A stretch of 62,749 nt of DNA, filler included, from Choristocarpus tenellus KU-1152 (taxonomy: Eukaryota; Protista; Phaeophyceae), in assembly GCA_964200185.2 (NCBI GenBank). It is 9 parts of 9 records of this genome, joined end to end, with 100 filler letters (N's around TTAATTAATTAA, not from the genome) between each part and the next. Parts side by side here need not be neighbours in the genome. Positions count along the whole stretch, not along the records: positions 24,091 to 30,602 come from CAXNAD020007973.1; positions 30,703 to 46,355 come from CAXNAD020000955.1; 7 more parts are not named here. One strand, given 5' to 3'. The notes under the pieces were generated by a model. That model saw nothing but the letters and a program-made list of their open reading frames with translations. It did not search any database and was not told the origin of the DNA. The position numbers and the translations under genes were made by a program. Of the stretch, positions 24,231-39,600 are shown piece by piece; within the stretch, counting starts at the first letter, position 1; each line of letters begins with the position of its first letter.

Positions 24231-25976
24231 TTGACTTGTAGGAAGTGGGGATAAATAAAGTGCTACAGCAGCTGACTGCTTCTCCAATTCCCTTACACAT
24301 CTACACAAATGTTGAAATATGCTCTACTTCGGAGTATATGTTATCTCTTACTTCTTCAGTTACTTTTTTTTTTTCTTGCCACCTTTTCCGCCATCGTTGA
24401 TTGTCGATTGTCATCCCATTCCCATTTGCAAACCGATCGATCGGCGCTTGGCAGAGTCTCTCCAATACTTGACCTTGGTACGTTTGGCTTGATGGTGAGA
24501 AACGGAATGATCAAGGAGGATCAGTTCATGAGGATAGCAGAGAGCCAGTCCAGCAGGGACCGCATCAGCTCTAATATGAGAACAAAGGAGGATGTGCAAG
24601 CATATATCAGGAGTTTGGGTGGTGATGATTCACTGGTGTGCGAAGTGGATAAGAACTGGGGTTGAAAGACATTGCACGGGGGGACCCACCAACTATTTGT
24701 AGAGTTGCATAGGACCCACTCCCATAGTACAGTGAGAGTCAGAGCACTACAGAGCACTTCAGAACGACCTGTAGCACTACAAAGTCCAATGCACTAACTT
24801 TGACCCTAACATCCTCGTAAGCAGCAATCCCTCTATGTTCTGCGCTTGTGAGGATCCTTGGTCTTGGTTGAGATATCAAAGTAGTCCAGTCTATCGACAG
24901 GAGTCAGAGAGGATTCTCTCCGCAGTAAAAACTTGCGACAACCTTTGGAGTTCTGATTTTTAATTTTCAAAAAGCATCTCGTTCTGTTTTTGTTTTTTTG
25001 CTGTAGTGATGTGTTCCTGTGTTGAGACTTGTGGGAGGGTTTTGAAAGAGCAGTATTTCCCGGGTGAGAAGAGGGAAAGGGGAGGCTAGTCCCCCAAGTG
25101 TCTCTTCTGTGGGTTTAATGATACTATAGGCTCAAGTAAGCCTCTGTTTGACGTAATTCAAACATTTTTCCCCTATGACGAGGTCACCGTGTGGGCCCCC
25201 TTTAGTGCATCCTCCTCTATCAAGTTCAGTTACTCACCTTGATGGACTGCATACTCCAACTGGTGTAATTCACCTTCCCTGTGTCTGTGGTTAAAACTTT
25301 CCTCAACTTTCCTTCTTCAAGTACTCCATCGGTGCAGAGAAGTAGTGCCCCCCTGTTCCAGGAGCTCTACTTTATTTCCTTTACTCCTGGATGACATGGC
25401 CAACTGTTGAAGCGTGAACCTCCATTTGTAATTCCAATATGCCTCCCAAGCTGAGAGCCAAAGTACTACCCCTCTACAAAGGAGAAATCGAGACCAGTCA
25501 TTGGTCAAGAATTCCTTGTTGCCTTGCTCCAGCCGTTCGGTTGCTTGGTTTTTTTGACAAGCCACTGAGATTATGATTTGTTGAAGTCCCCATTTTTCTG
25601 ACCTCTTAAGATATGGGAGGTTGGCAGGGTTAGGGAGGTATGATACCGTGATAAATGCCACTGCATAATGTTTTGAGTAATTCAACACATACCGCCAATC
25701 CCCTAGTTCTAAAAACCTGCTTTGCTAGTTTTTTTTAATAATGTTCCTTCGATGCTCTTTTTTTCTTCAAGTTTTAGAATGCTGGAACGGGGATCTCATC
25801 GTTGAGGAGTTTCGCTCAGATATATTTTTTTATATGTGCTCTCTTCTTTCGTGTCTCCCCTCCTGATGAAATCAATGCACCTACCCTATTGGTGCGAATC
25901 TTGCTCTTTTTGCCCAAGTTGGTCACACATGTTGATCTTAAAACGACTCTTGTGCTCGTCCTTGGTGCTGATGCAG

Positions 25977-28900
25977 GTGATTGTGTTGGATGGAATATGG
26001 AAGAGTCCGTGGATCAGGAAGGCTATTTACAAGGACATTCAGCCCAATCCCTTCCTAAGCAAGACAACGGAGTACCTCTTGGAGAAACAGGTGGGGACTC
26101 CTGATCGAATTGAGATGTCATTGGAGTAAGAAGTTTGGGCATATGTCAGTATTTCTTCTAAGGTGTTCTCATTGAGACAAGGCCAGATGTTGTAGTCCAT
26201 ATTATTAATAGTTGAGAGTGTAGATGGGTTGTGATCACACGTGAAGTGTTGTTGGTCAATCATCATAGGACTATACATGTATATGTCCACACGAGTATAT
26301 ATTTATATATATGTGTATATATTGTTTTGGACAGCCAACTGAAACACTCCTCTTTTTCATGCTCTACTACACCAGGTCAAATGGTCTAGTATTATTTCAC
26401 AGTAGGTATGTGGCCATGCGAACAAATGCTATTCTTGACAGAAGATGATCTTGCGAAAATTTGACAAAGAAAAACGGTGAATATTTCTGAGGAGAAAAAC
26501 TCTTAGGGCCTACCTTTCGTTGTTGGTTTGATTGCAAGGGGTCAAAAGAGTTTTTTTTTTGTGTAGTATTGAATCATTTTATTACTAAGATCAATATGTA
26601 CGAAAATGTCTGTTACGTTCTTTCCATCTTGAAGTAGAAGCTAGCTGCCCTACCCCGTGAGGCAGGGTGATACCACCCGCTTCCCCACTCCCTTGCCTCT
26701 TACCGCTGTGCACATCATATTGCGGACCGTGTTAGGGTTGGTCCTCTAACGAGTACTTAGCGGTGCAATGGAGAACCGAAGGAGCCACTGGAAACCTCAC
26801 AGATTGCTATCACCAAATCGTTCGTCCATCTATTGAGGTGATGCGCATGAAGAACAATCTCAAGGCTCACCAGGTACGTTTTGGGTGTGGATGCTTCGCC
26901 GCAATATGACTTTCTACAGTGACAAAAGGGATTGACTAGGTGCTCTGCTCTTGAGCAAGGACCATCGTAGCTCATTGTTCGTTGCAGTGAGGCGGTTAAG
27001 GGTTCAGTAGTAGATTTAATTTGTGGTAGTATCGCATCATTCTGTAGAGTGGGGTAGTAGACAATAGGATATTTCTGTAGAGTAGGGCTATTAATAGTAC
27101 ATTTCCCTTTGTGTGTCCAAGGGTCACCTTGTGTGAGATGTGGAGGCGAGATTGGATTCCAGGAAGGACTCCTAGTAGCATCCGCCAATCAGGGTTCGTA
27201 TTTTTTCTTCCTTACAACACTCGGACGATATCTAGAAGTTGCATTATATAGCAGTTTCATGTTTCACGTTCTTCAGGACTCTACTTGACGTCGTTTGTCA
27301 TTTTAGACCACAGCAAGGAGGAATACTGCGAATGATACCCCCAGTGAACGTATTTATGGTTCCTAAGAGGGCAATAAATGGTATGTATGCCCTCTTGTCG
27401 TGTATGGGTATTGCACTGCTGTCGTACCTCCTTTTGTCAATTTGCCCATCACGTTTTATAGGGAAAGGTGTGCTGTTTGGAATTGTAATTCTAACTTCGG
27501 TAGGTGTTCGTAAACACCGACCTGGCGGGTGGATCTTCAGGCACCTACCACTCCTACTACCACAGGCAAGAGAGGAAGGTCATCCTCGAGTCGATCGAGG
27601 ATCGCTATGGGGCCAGTCCATTGGCTGAGTTCATCAATCAGATTGAGGTGACGTTTAATGATGTGGGGGAAATAGGTGGGGATCATACATTTTCTGTACT
27701 ATGACTTTCAGTCTTGGCAATCAGAGGGTATACCAAATTTTGGATTTCCTTGTTCGTGTGTACGTTGGTATAACGTAAGGCTTGAGGTTAGGAATAGATA
27801 ATGGGGTTGATGCTTGCATTCCTGCTCTAGTTTCGTGTATGCACCTAACATGGAAAGAAATTGGAGTTTCCAATACCTTTGGAAGACCCTTTTCTCGTAA
27901 CCTAATGACGAAGGTTTATTTCCTGTGTTTGCTGAGCTTCCCCTACATTCTACGTAAGGACCATTTTACTGTGAGAATGTGACACCTAGGGCAGGGGGGG
28001 GGAGAGATGGAAGGAGTGGGAGAGAGTTACATACGAGATATGTTGAGGCCGAGGACTGTTTAGTAGTAAGTATTTGTAGGTACAGGGTGTGCGAAGGGAT
28101 GCAATTGCGGGGATATAATTCAGAGATATTTGAGGGAGAGTTGTATGTGTGCTGTATTGGATGATGATATCTCGATGGCTTCATTTTGTTGTTGTGTTAC
28201 TGCGATTGTCTAGTATCGAGACTCTACTGTACCATCAGGGTTCCTGTAGCGACTCCCAACTGACTGTCCCCTGGTGCAGTAATATCTCAACATTTGGCGA
28301 AATCAGAGGCTGAGGTGCAGCTACCAGGCTTAATTGGTAGACGTTATGCACAAACCTGGTGCAATGCCATTCTACAAACCTTTTTTTCAGGCGATTGTCT
28401 AAACTTAGAACTTTACTGTTCTTCTGTGTCACTGGAGTTGACCTGTCTGGTGCTGTACCGTGAAGCAACCGTGAGCAGAGTGAAAATGGATCTCCCAGGA
28501 AGATTAAAGACAAGAGGGTCAATACGATACTTCAGAGAGATAAACTTTCCTTATCCCTCCACTATAAAGTCTCCACTTCTCCTCGAATTACCCTTCCTCT
28601 TGACAACCCATGGCCCGCCCTAGGGTCAACACCACATATATCCCTTTTTTATTACATAAGCTGGAGTGCAACGCATCAGCTGGTTTTGAATATCATCATG
28701 TGAAAACGTATGAGGAGTTGAGGGATTTTGCAGTTCTGTTCCGATAATGTTCATATCTAGTCTGCGATATCAGGATGTGTGCAGCAACGTTTCTCCCAAC
28801 TTTTTTAAGTTCTGCATCCTCCTTAGTCATCTATCCCTCCCCTGCTACTATCACTGAAGTCTCTTACGAACCTCCACCCATCCATGGTATCCACCCAACA

Positions 28901-29157
28901 ACGTAGGACTCCGGCATCAAGGCAATGGTCAGTGGTCTGGTGAGCGCAAATGCACGAGTGATGCTTGCCTCTTCGCTAGCCAAGGTCATGAGCACAGAGG
29001 TTGCGCTTGATAAGGAAAGTGCCTGTCAAAAGCCAACGTCGAAGTATATCACTCTGGTACAAGAGTGGAGAGTGGAAGTCCTGGGTCGAAGTCCAGAAAC
29101 TGTTGTAAGGCTGTTCCCTCATGAAAAGAGGTTTCCTGAGGATGAGAAAGGAGAGAC
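25977..29157 (+). CDS. Putative multi-exon gene or pseudogene of unknown function (model incomplete)
   Basis: Stop-free AG/GT-bounded segments: 25977-26090 (VIVLDGIWKSPWIRKAIY...), 26736-26873 (GWSSNEYLAVQWRTEG...), 27504-27647 (VFVNTDLAGG...NQIE) and ~28907-29157 (DSGIKAMVSG...). Intervening exons are unresolved. Confidence 0.35.
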
Positions 29158-30546
29158 GTAAGTTTATGGAGTGTCCATAGGGGCTCCCGTCAATACCGGT
29201 AGACACTTAGAACTGAATGCTGGCGAGAAGAGGTTTCCAAGAGTAGCTGAACATCCACCGGTCTTGACCTGAAGACAATCAAGCCTGAAAAAGTGCTTTC
29301 GTTTCTTTTCTTCCAACTTGAGCTCATTTTGTTTTGCATTCAAGCGTACTTTCAAGGTAAATGTTTGTGTATATAGCCTTGTGATGAACTTCAAGTCCTT
29401 CCTGTCTGCCTGGTCCGTGTCAGTGGACAGGATTTCTTCAATGGGATTACTCATAGTATATTTTATGACGTGTCTACCTCGAAAGCACTACTTCATATTG
29501 GTTTATTCTAGCTGTTGCTCCTCATATATTGGGTCACTTTTGCCCCCCCAACCTGTAGTGGTCTCTTTATGTTTTATCTTCTTTTGTTAAGTTTTTGCTC
29601 TTCCTCTGCTGGTAGCAATACACCGTTCAAATCAGTTTCATGGTACAGTAGCCATTGTGTATCATCCGCAATATCGCTCCATGCCAATGGATCCCTACAA
29701 GTGCTTGTATTGATGGGTCGTAATGACATACTAATCCTGACTCTTCCTTCATTGTCCGCCAGGCCGAAAACTGCAGTTTCAAGTAGGTTACACTTTAATG
29801 GGTTGAGGTTTTTGTAGGTGTAAGATCGGCTGGCAAGAGTGTGGACTTGTTATTCATACGATTTTCAGGGTCAAAGGTTAACTGCAGTTAAGGGCAGGGG
29901 TTTCAATGGTTTAGCAGGCTTTTATTGTACTTTCTGTGCAATGTTTACTCTTCTATCTTTAGTGGTTCGAGTATGGGTAGTGCGTATGAGGTGGCTAGAT
30001 AGAAGAGTATTGGAACCTTGTTGGGAAGGAATGTTGGCAAACCTCTCTCTGTCAACACCGTACGCATGTTCAATGTGTAGAATACCATTTTATTTCTTGT
30101 CACTGTTTAGATGGTGCTCTGAAATGAAGTGTTTGTTGCGTGTGGATGGCTGACTGTGAATATTTCTGTTGTTGGTGCCAGCAGCATGCCATTGCCACAC
30201 CTGCCTGAAGACGAGTTGTGTGCACTTTCTTTGAAATTGGGCTGTTGGTTCCTGCATGTGTGTTTGTGAATTCGTGGGTGCATGTTGTGTTCTCTTGAGC
30301 TTTGATACATCTGACCTCTTTGAGCAAACAGAGCTGGTCGCTCCCAATGTACGTACGCACAGGATGCTTGCTGCCATATATATAGTGAGTGTTGATCATA
30401 GTTGAAAGTATTATTTCGCACATTCGTTTTAATCCTCTCAAACCGGTGGTCAAGAGGTTTGAAAAGTGTGAAAAGGAAAACGGGGGAACTTGGACACAGC
30501 AATGAAGGTTCAGCCATCATTTGGTGGACTTACCTGTGCGTGCTAT

Positions 30547-30602
30547 GATCCAAAGTATCTGAGAGGGTAGAGCCGCGTCCATTTGGGGGCCACAATCCAA
30601 TG
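30547..30602. mobile_element. MITE family L terminus at the contig end
   Basis: GATCCAAAGTATCTGAGAGGGTAGAGCCGCGTCCATTTGGGG. Confidence 0.85.
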
Positions 30603-31334
30603 NNNNNNNNNNNNNNNNNNNNNNNNNNNNNNNNNNNNNNNNNNNNTTAATTAATTAANNNNNNNNNNNNNNNNNNNNNNNNNNNNNNNNNNNNNNNNNN
30701 NNTAACTCACCTTATGATAAAACACCCTTATATTTTTTCGATGGGGGGGGGGGGGGGTTAGGTTACCTAAACCTCTATTTATGTATATGGACATCATTCC
30801 ACTACAATGCATAGTGTATGTACCATTAGTTAATGGAGTCCTCATAGCACTGCTCTAGAGTTGCATAGTGCTTTCTGATACTTGCAATCATCAATCTTGG
30901 TAAGTCCAGTGTGCTGCAACATGGTGTTTTTATTGGTCAATCAATCTGCCTGTTCGATGAAGATATGGGTTCTTGAATGTGCCTTAGCCTTTGATGTCAT
31001 AATTCGAGCTAAACCTTTGTTCACTACAATGAGAGAGATTGATTTCACCATCAGCAGTTGCTACCTTCAAATGTCTCAGGTAGGCACAGTCTAAACGCTC
31101 CAGAGCAATCTGATGTGTTCTGGAATATTTTCAGTTATTTTTTAATCAATTTTCTGGTGCAGGACACCCACACTTGTTTTTGCTTTGGGAAATGCTCTGG
31201 AGCAACCTGGGGTGCCCTGCAGTGCTCTGTGTGTTGATTTGCAATTCATCTACACTGGTCATATACATTTTTTTTTCAGAGTGCTGCTTTACACCTGGTC
31301 CCAGCATTGACCTGTACCTGTACTTCTAATGTAT

Positions 31335-31677
31335 AGTACTATTTGTGTGTTACTATTTGTATGGTACTAATTATATGGTACTAATTGCATGTTACTATTT
31401 GTATGGTACTAATTGTATGGTACTAATTGTATAGTACTAATTGTATGATACTAAATGTATGATACTAATTGTATGATACTAATTGTATGGTACTAATTGT
31501 ATGATACTAATTGTATGGTACTAAATGTATGATACTAATTGTATGATACTAATTGTATGGTACTAATTGTATGATACTAATTGTATGGTACTAAATGTAT
31601 GATACTAATTGTATGGTACTAATTATATGGTAATAATTATATGATACTAATTGTATGGTACTAATTGTATGGTACTA
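31335..31677. repeat. 14-bp minisatellite (TACTAATTGTATGR)n
   Basis: About 24 units read directly. Confidence 0.92.
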
Positions 31678-31714
31678 TCTGTCTTTCGGGTCTGTACTTT
31701 TTGATGTGGTACAG

Positions 31715-33196
31715 GTGGTGAACTCACCAGAAGAGGCCACCGAGATGACCATGAAGGACACAAGCATTGACATGTGAGGAGCACATAGCCAGCACCACAA
31801 GTATCCTTAACCCTAACCGGACACCTACTTGGTGATAATATTTTCCCTAATGTGATCCCTAACCTTACCATACTACTGTCATTCTAGTGGTTAACTCTAT
31901 CCCTAATTGAAAACACGAGCACATAGCAAGGTCTGGGGGGGGTCCCACATCTCCCTTCTGCTCCTAAAGTGCATAATAGTAACATTAACAATAACAATAG
32001 TATTGATATTAATCTGAAATAGTTCCCCTTGCCTGATACCAATGTGTTCTGTGTTGGATGAGGGGTGTGATATGATTAGGCTGGGTGTAGAGTGACTTCA
32101 GCATTAATATTTGTAGTGTAGTGTAGTGAAGTATAGTATAGTGTAGTATAGTATTAATTTGAATGATTAGTAGTAGTGATAGTGGTAGAGTAGTGGAGTG
32201 GGCGATCATCACCATTACAGTTACGCTTCAGTATGAAAAAAAGAATAAGAAATATAAAAAGTAAGGTTGGCGCTTGCATTGCTATTTTGTTTTATTGCTT
32301 TTTATTAGAAATAAACTAACCCTAACCCTAACCCTAAGATTTTTAAATTATTTTTTGTGAATAAAAAAAAGGTCTATGGTGCCGTTGACGTCTTCTTTTT
32401 GGGAGTCACTTGTGTCTTTGGTCAACAGCGGCAAGGTGTCAGAGGAGAGAATAGACTTATCTGTCAGACGAGTGCTCTCCCTTAAGGTGGGTGGTTAACT
32501 CTTCTGCATGTTCTTGCACTCAAGGATGGGACACGTACCCTTGTTTTGTTTTGGTTGGGGTGGAGGGGGTTGTATTTGGTGTGGGTGTGTGTTGACATAC
32601 CTAACCCTAACCCTAAGTATCACTGCACTTGTGGCGTCTTATTCAAGTAAAGAGATGGAAATATGCTCACTCTCTTCCTTCACCGATGATATGTTAATCC
32701 CTTGCCCATACCTCTGCTCATCTATTCATCCATCTATACATCCTTCCATCTATCTATCTATCTATCTATTCATCTACTCATTCATCTATTGATTTTTCCA
32801 TCCATCCATCCATCCATCCATCCATTCATCAATCAATCCTTCATTCTATTCATCCAAACAACCAAACAACCAACCACCCTTCCGCCCATCCATTATGTTT
32901 CCTTTCCCACTCTTAACCTACTCTTCTGTATTTATTTAACATCTTTTTTTATTGATTTTTTTATTTTGTTAAGGAGGCGTTGGGGCTGTTAGATTCGCCA
33001 GTGCCATCTTTGCAGTCTCCCCTCCTCAACAATGTGGGCAGTGAAGAAGACAAGGAGAGTTGTAGAGAGGCTGCTAGAGAGGCGGTTACACTTCTCAAAA
33101 ATGAGAAAAAACACACCTCCGCTATGAACGGAAATGATAATGAGAAGGTGTTGCCATTAGACAGGTAGGCGTGCATACAGGCATGCCCACCAGCAC

Positions 33197-33233
<37 letters not shown>

Positions 33234-36200
33234 GATGAAATTACGTATGCATTGAAGTTTTTGCACAAGGTGATAGGATGGGTGGACGGACGGACGGATT
33301 TTGTGAGATGTTTTTTTTCAATGTTCTGATGTGGTTACTGTTTATAGATCAAGATGTCACATCAAGGAGGGTACTGTGAATGGTTTGTATTTTCCCTTTG
33401 CCTTTTGAAGTTGTGGCGAAATTTTTTTGGGGGGGATAGTTTCCATGTGCTTGTTTCCATTAATCTTTGTAAGTGTTGTGAATAGTAAAAGCCTGTTAGA
33501 GTTAAGGGTATGTTTTTTATTATTGCTTTTGGGTGAAGTGTCTCGTCTGTCTTAAGGTTATGGTTAAGGTTAAGGTTAGGGTTAGGGTGTGTAAGTGATT
33601 TAAATGCTATATTGCTTTGGGTTCTTCTAGTGAGGGTGTATGTATACCTATATGAACATAGGGTTAGGGTTAATTGTGAGGAGTAAAAGGAATGCAAAAT
33701 ATGTTTGTACTAGGTGTTTGTATGGGGTATATCCAGAGTGCTTATGTGTATGTATGCATGTGGTTAATGCAAGTCAGTATAGTATAGTGTTGGATTAAGA
33801 GGTGTGTCATTGTACAGCCTTTACTTTCATTCACATAGATATGTGTATGTAATTGAAACACATATCATGTGTATTTTGTGGTAGGGTAAGTGTTCCATGT
33901 GGATGTGGGAGATACGTTGTGGGTATTACAGGTGTGAAAAGTCAGTTTTAGAGATAGGTCGATTTCATGAGAAGATACAAGGGAAGGGTATTCCGAAGGA
34001 CCTTGCCTGCCATTAAGACCTTCCAATGTATGCGGAAACCCATGTATGTCACACGCTGACATGACCACACCGAGTTTATGATCTGAGGTGACAATGTTGG
34101 TGTCATGCCCCCTAGCAAGGTCTTTATATTAACATCAACATATTTCTGTTTGTTGGTAGCCCTTAACCCTAACCCTAACCCTTACCAGTAATCTGTTTAT
34201 AACCGTGAAATATCGGTAGAAATCGGTTATCTACTACATTGGTAACCCTAACCCTAACCCTAACTCTTTGGTGAATAACAACAGGCATGTAAGTGCATAA
34301 ATAACACTAGTTTGTTTATGGACTAGTTACCCTATCCCTGACAACATCATCTAGTCTAGCTTCCCTAACCAGGATGCACAATGTGTGTGTTTGTTGATGT
34401 TTATTGATGTTTATTGATGTTTGTGTAACAATGGTGGTGGGAAAAAAACAATCGATTGGTCAAAGATTGTCAATGAACAAGGTGCTGGTGGTGGGACCAT
34501 CCTGCGATTCTTTGGTGTTGCAGTCAGGGGGATGGACACACCACTGGCAGGTACTATACTCTAGTATTATCAATGATATGGATGAGCTGTATAAAGATGA
34601 TTTTGAATCTTCTGCCCCTCATGTATCCTTCTTGTATTGCTGTATCATTGTATGGTTGCATCATTGTATTATTGTAACATTGTATGGTTGTATTATTGTA
34701 TTGTTGTATCATTTATTATTGTAACATTGTATGGTTGTATTATTGTATTGCTGTATCATTGTATTGTTGTATCATTGTATTATTGTAACATTGTATGGTT
34801 GTATTATTGTATTGCTGTATCATTATATCATTGGTTGCATCATTGTCATATTGGTTCTATCGGTAGAATACAGTAAAGTGGGGAAAGTATTGTTTTTTTT
34901 ACATTTCATGCTGTTACACTATTTAAGTAGGCATAATGTACCTATTTATTTTGTTTTTTTATTATATTATTTTATTATTGGAGTGTGTTTTTCTCTTTAC
35001 ACTTTCTTGACTTAGGGTTAGGGTTTCTTTGTGTGTATACAGTGGTGTGTAGGAGATCTTTTCCTGGCTGTCCCTATGGTGCATTGTGATAACACTGTAG
35101 TTTTAATACTCTAGTTTTATTTTTATGATAGCAAAGCAGATGGAAGTATCATACCTCCAGCACTTAATTTTGATTATTACTACCATCTCAATTTTTTTAT
35201 AGTACTATTAGCAGTATTAATAGTATAACATGATAGTGGGGATAGAGAGGGTTAGGGTATGTACTATTAGTAGTATTAATAGTATAACATGATAGTGGGG
35301 ATAGATAGGGTTAGGGTATGTACTATTAGCAGTATTAATAGTATGACATGCTAGTGGGGATAGATCGGGTCAGAGTTAGGTATGGTGCAGTAGTCAAAAC
35401 CGGTTGGTGAGTGTTTTTGATCTGTAAGGTGTGGTAAATGCATGTTTTTGATTGGAAGTCATTGTTGGTGTACAAATTACTTATCATGGATATATATATA
35501 TAATACATATACATCTATTTACTCTACAATTTAGGGTTAGGTTTAGTTTTGTGATGTTTAGCTCAGGGGTTATTGGTTAGAGCTATATAGGGTTAGGGTA
35601 TGATTTCAAAGGGCATCTCTCATGTAGGCAGTGTGTATGTGACTGAATGCCTGATGGTTCTGATACAGTGATAGACCTCTGTATTATAATAATATTATAT
35701 TTAAGTCAAGTATTTTATTTTTTGTAGTATTGATAAATAGTGGTTTGGTGTTGAATGTTCAAAGGTTTGATGTAAAACACATGCAATTGGTGTTAATAAT
35801 AATAATAATAGTAATAATAATAGCAATGTGGTCATATATCTTGCTGTAAATTTAATATGTGAAGCGATATATTCATTTATTAATACCAATATTTCACCTT
35901 TCCCTAACCCTAATCCTAACAATTTGGTGCTCTTGTTGGTGCTACTCTCTCAAGGGTGCTTACTCTGAAGAGGAGTTTGTAGAGGAGGAAGGCATTACAA
36001 TTTTGGAAGGAATTAAAACAATTTCAAAGGCAGGAGGAGATGGGAGTGACTTTGAGGTGGTTAATATGGTTGGAGTCAGCATTGAGGGACACCTAGAGGG
36101 GGACAGAGATAAGGCCATTGCTGAAGTGAGTGGGATGTGAAAGTTACTATGTAAAAACAATAATATGTTGCCCGATGTGGGATGTAGAATGCTATTGTAT

Positions 36201-36568
36201 GTATACTATTCTATAAGAATACTATTTTGTATGAAAACTATTCTAGATGACTACTATTTTGTATGAATACTATTCTATATTAATATGATTTTGTATCAAT
36301 ACTATTTTGTGTGAATATGATTTTGTATCAATACTACTTTGTATGAATGCTAATTGTATTACTTGATATTATATTTATTTTTAATGACTGACAGTGTGTG
36401 TTGGTTTTTATCCCTCATACCCCATAGAGGTGTTTCTTATTTTTTGTATACTTTGTGCTGTTATATTGAGGTCAACAACCCCTTTCAGTGGTTTGAGGAT
36501 ATGTAGAAGTATTTAAAGGCATAGTACAGAGTAAGTGTTACATGTTATTAACATATGTAAGTACAAAC

Positions 36569-36615
<47 letters not shown>

Positions 36616-39600
36616 CTTTTTGTGTAACATTCTTTTACGTGTGTCTTCAACCATCAACAAATATACAAATATATATAATGGGTATAGCTTTTTTCCCCTC
36701 TAAAATCCCTACCCCCTAGCCAGAATCAATTTCTAATTTTTTTTATATTTTGCATTATCTTTTGCTGCAGCAGTAGACTGAACATATGATTATGTGTGAG
36801 GTTTGTTGTTATTATTATTATTATTATTTGTTATTGATTATTGAACCAAGGGATCTTGATTTTTTTTTGCTTGGACCTATTATATTTATGGTAAGATTAA
36901 CATATTATATTTCTTGGTAAGATTAACGTATCATATTTATGGTAAAATATTAACATATCATATTTATGGTAAGATTAACATATTATATTTATGGTGAGAT
37001 TAACAAAAATCAAGTTGGTGGGGTTCATGGATGATGAAATTTAGTGAAACATGGGAAATTGATCGTAAGGTTTTGACAAGGAGATTTAGTGGATAATAGT
37101 GGATAATAGTGGTGACAATAGTGTACTAGGATAACTTGGTGGCACTGCAAAGTGTGATGAAGCGATTCTGTGATGCTGCAGAGCACTGCTGAGAAAAATA
37201 CAACTACTACAAGAGATACTTTTAACAAGCTTGAGAAAAAAGGACCCAAAAATATTTATGTAATAATGTATGTATTTATGTGACAAAAATAATAATGTTT
37301 TTCCTTAACCCTAAATATAGTATCAGTACTACAGTGATTCAAAGTATTAATATCCATACTTTGTTTTTACAGCTCTATATTTGATTATTACAGCATTCTT
37401 TTAATAATAATACTATATAGTACAGCTTTGAATATGATGTATATCCCTAACCCTAACCATGATAGTACTATATAATACTGGTATGAATATAATGTATACC
37501 CCTAACCCTAACCCTAGTAGTACTGTATAGCACTGATATGAATATAATGTTTATCCCTAACCCTATCCCTATCCCTAAATCTAAACCTAAACCTAATCCT
37601 TATAGGCAGTGACAGCGGATGCTGTGGTTGTTTGTATTGGGGAAGGTGCCTATGCAGAAAAACCAGGAGACATTAGTGACCTTTCACTACCCAGTACCTT
37701 GACAGACCTTGTTATTGACCTTGAGGGTGCCACCAGTGATGCAACGCCTGTGATCCTGGTGTTGGTACAGGGGCGACCCAGGCTGCTCCATGGCGCCACA
37801 GACAGCGTGAGTCACTCAGGGTTGAAGGTGTTATCTTTTGTGTGTGTGTTGATGTTGTGTGATTTAACTAGTTAAATGTGGATTTGTAGTTGAACTAGTT
37901 GATGTTGATGTTGTATGATTTAACTAGTTACATCTAGATTTGTAGTTGAACTAGTTGATGGATACATGGCATTGTTTTTGGTGTAAATGTGTGATTTGTA
38001 TATATGGTTCTAATCCTATAGGGGATCAGTGCTATGATGGAATGCAGCAGTGTAAATCTTGGTGTGATGTTAGCACTTCAATTTTTTTAATACCAAATGA
38101 GGAAAGTGTTGGATTTTTTCATTGATGATGAAAATAATGGCTGAAGGGTTATTGATATGATATGATATGATATGATATGATATGATATTATAGATGTGAA
38201 CTATGTGGTTTAGAGTTTCTTGTATCAAGTTCACCCTTGACAATTGATAATGATAATTGCAGGGAGTGTGTTAAGGTTAGGGTTATGGGTATTTTAGTAC
38301 AGGACCAAGATGTTGTAGTGACTAATAGTGATACTTTCTCCCAATAATGATTTCTGGCAGTACTCTTGATTCCACCTAGTCAGGTAGCAAGCAACAAACA
38401 TGTTTTCTGAATTAATGGTCTGCATATTGTAGCCCTAACCCTAACCGTAAGATTATCCACTATGCTATCTATACCCTCACTCTAACTAGAATAATATTTT
38501 TTGCTTAGAATGAAAAAAATGCGGTTGTATTTAAATCAAGATTTTTTTGTCCCTTTTTTCAATTTTTGAATATTGTAACTGTATAGTAACTGAATCGTAA
38601 CTGTAACTCTTTTTAAAGTTGAGACTACAATGTAACTCTACTGCCTTTTTTTATACACCCTTTTCTTATGGTCTATTAATCAATTAATGTCGTAGTTTTC
38701 ACTATGAGATCTTCTATTGTATGTATACAAATATACTATTTATGTATATACACATCCTATGTATGCTCTTGACTCAACTCTCAACCCTATACCACCACTA
38801 GAATGCATGACTGTAACACTTGAATATTTCAAGTGTTGATCATACATAGTAATAGTCAAGTAGGGGTTGAATAGCAGTGGTTGCAGTATGTTGTTATGGT
38901 GTGATACACATACATACATAATGCACATATTATAATACCTAGAAGGCATATTATAATCAGGCTATGTATGTTGATGAAGTGCTGGAGGTGTCCTTTTCGT
39001 TTTTGGCCCCTATTATTATTATTATTATTATTTATTTTATTTGTGTAGAGTTCATTCTTACTATATCTAATCCTTAGTGTATCTAGTTCTTAGTGTGTCT
39101 ACTTTCCTTTCCCTTGCCAGATTTTGAAAGTTGGGTATTGTATTGATACATGTATTGATGTACTGATGTGTGTTTGATAGGTTGATGCCATTCTAAATGC
39201 CTATCTACCTGGCCCCTGGGGAGGAGAGGCCATTGCAGAGATTATTTTTGGAAAAGTGAATCCTTCTGGACGTCTTCCTCTCACCTACCCAAAGCACCAG
39301 GGTAGTATACCATTGCCATATCATCATGTACCAAGCCAACTGTGTTCGGTGAGTACCTCTATTACAAATACTACTACTATTGCATTATGATTTAACTAGT
39401 ATAATACTCTTTTGTTATGATTGAACTATTGTACTACTGTATGTTGTGTTATGATTTAACTAGTATACTACGATCATTGGGGTTAGGGTTTAACTATTAT
39501 AGTGCTACCTAATATATTATGATTTAACTGTCATACTACTGTTATTGTATTACAATTTAACTATTATACTACTTTTTCCTTCTTTATTTTTGCTGTTACT

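Noticed and set aside
25977-26090. DTW-domain protein suggested by VIVLDGIW
   Set aside because: The motif is DGIW rather than DGTW/DSTW, and no other DTW motifs were found.
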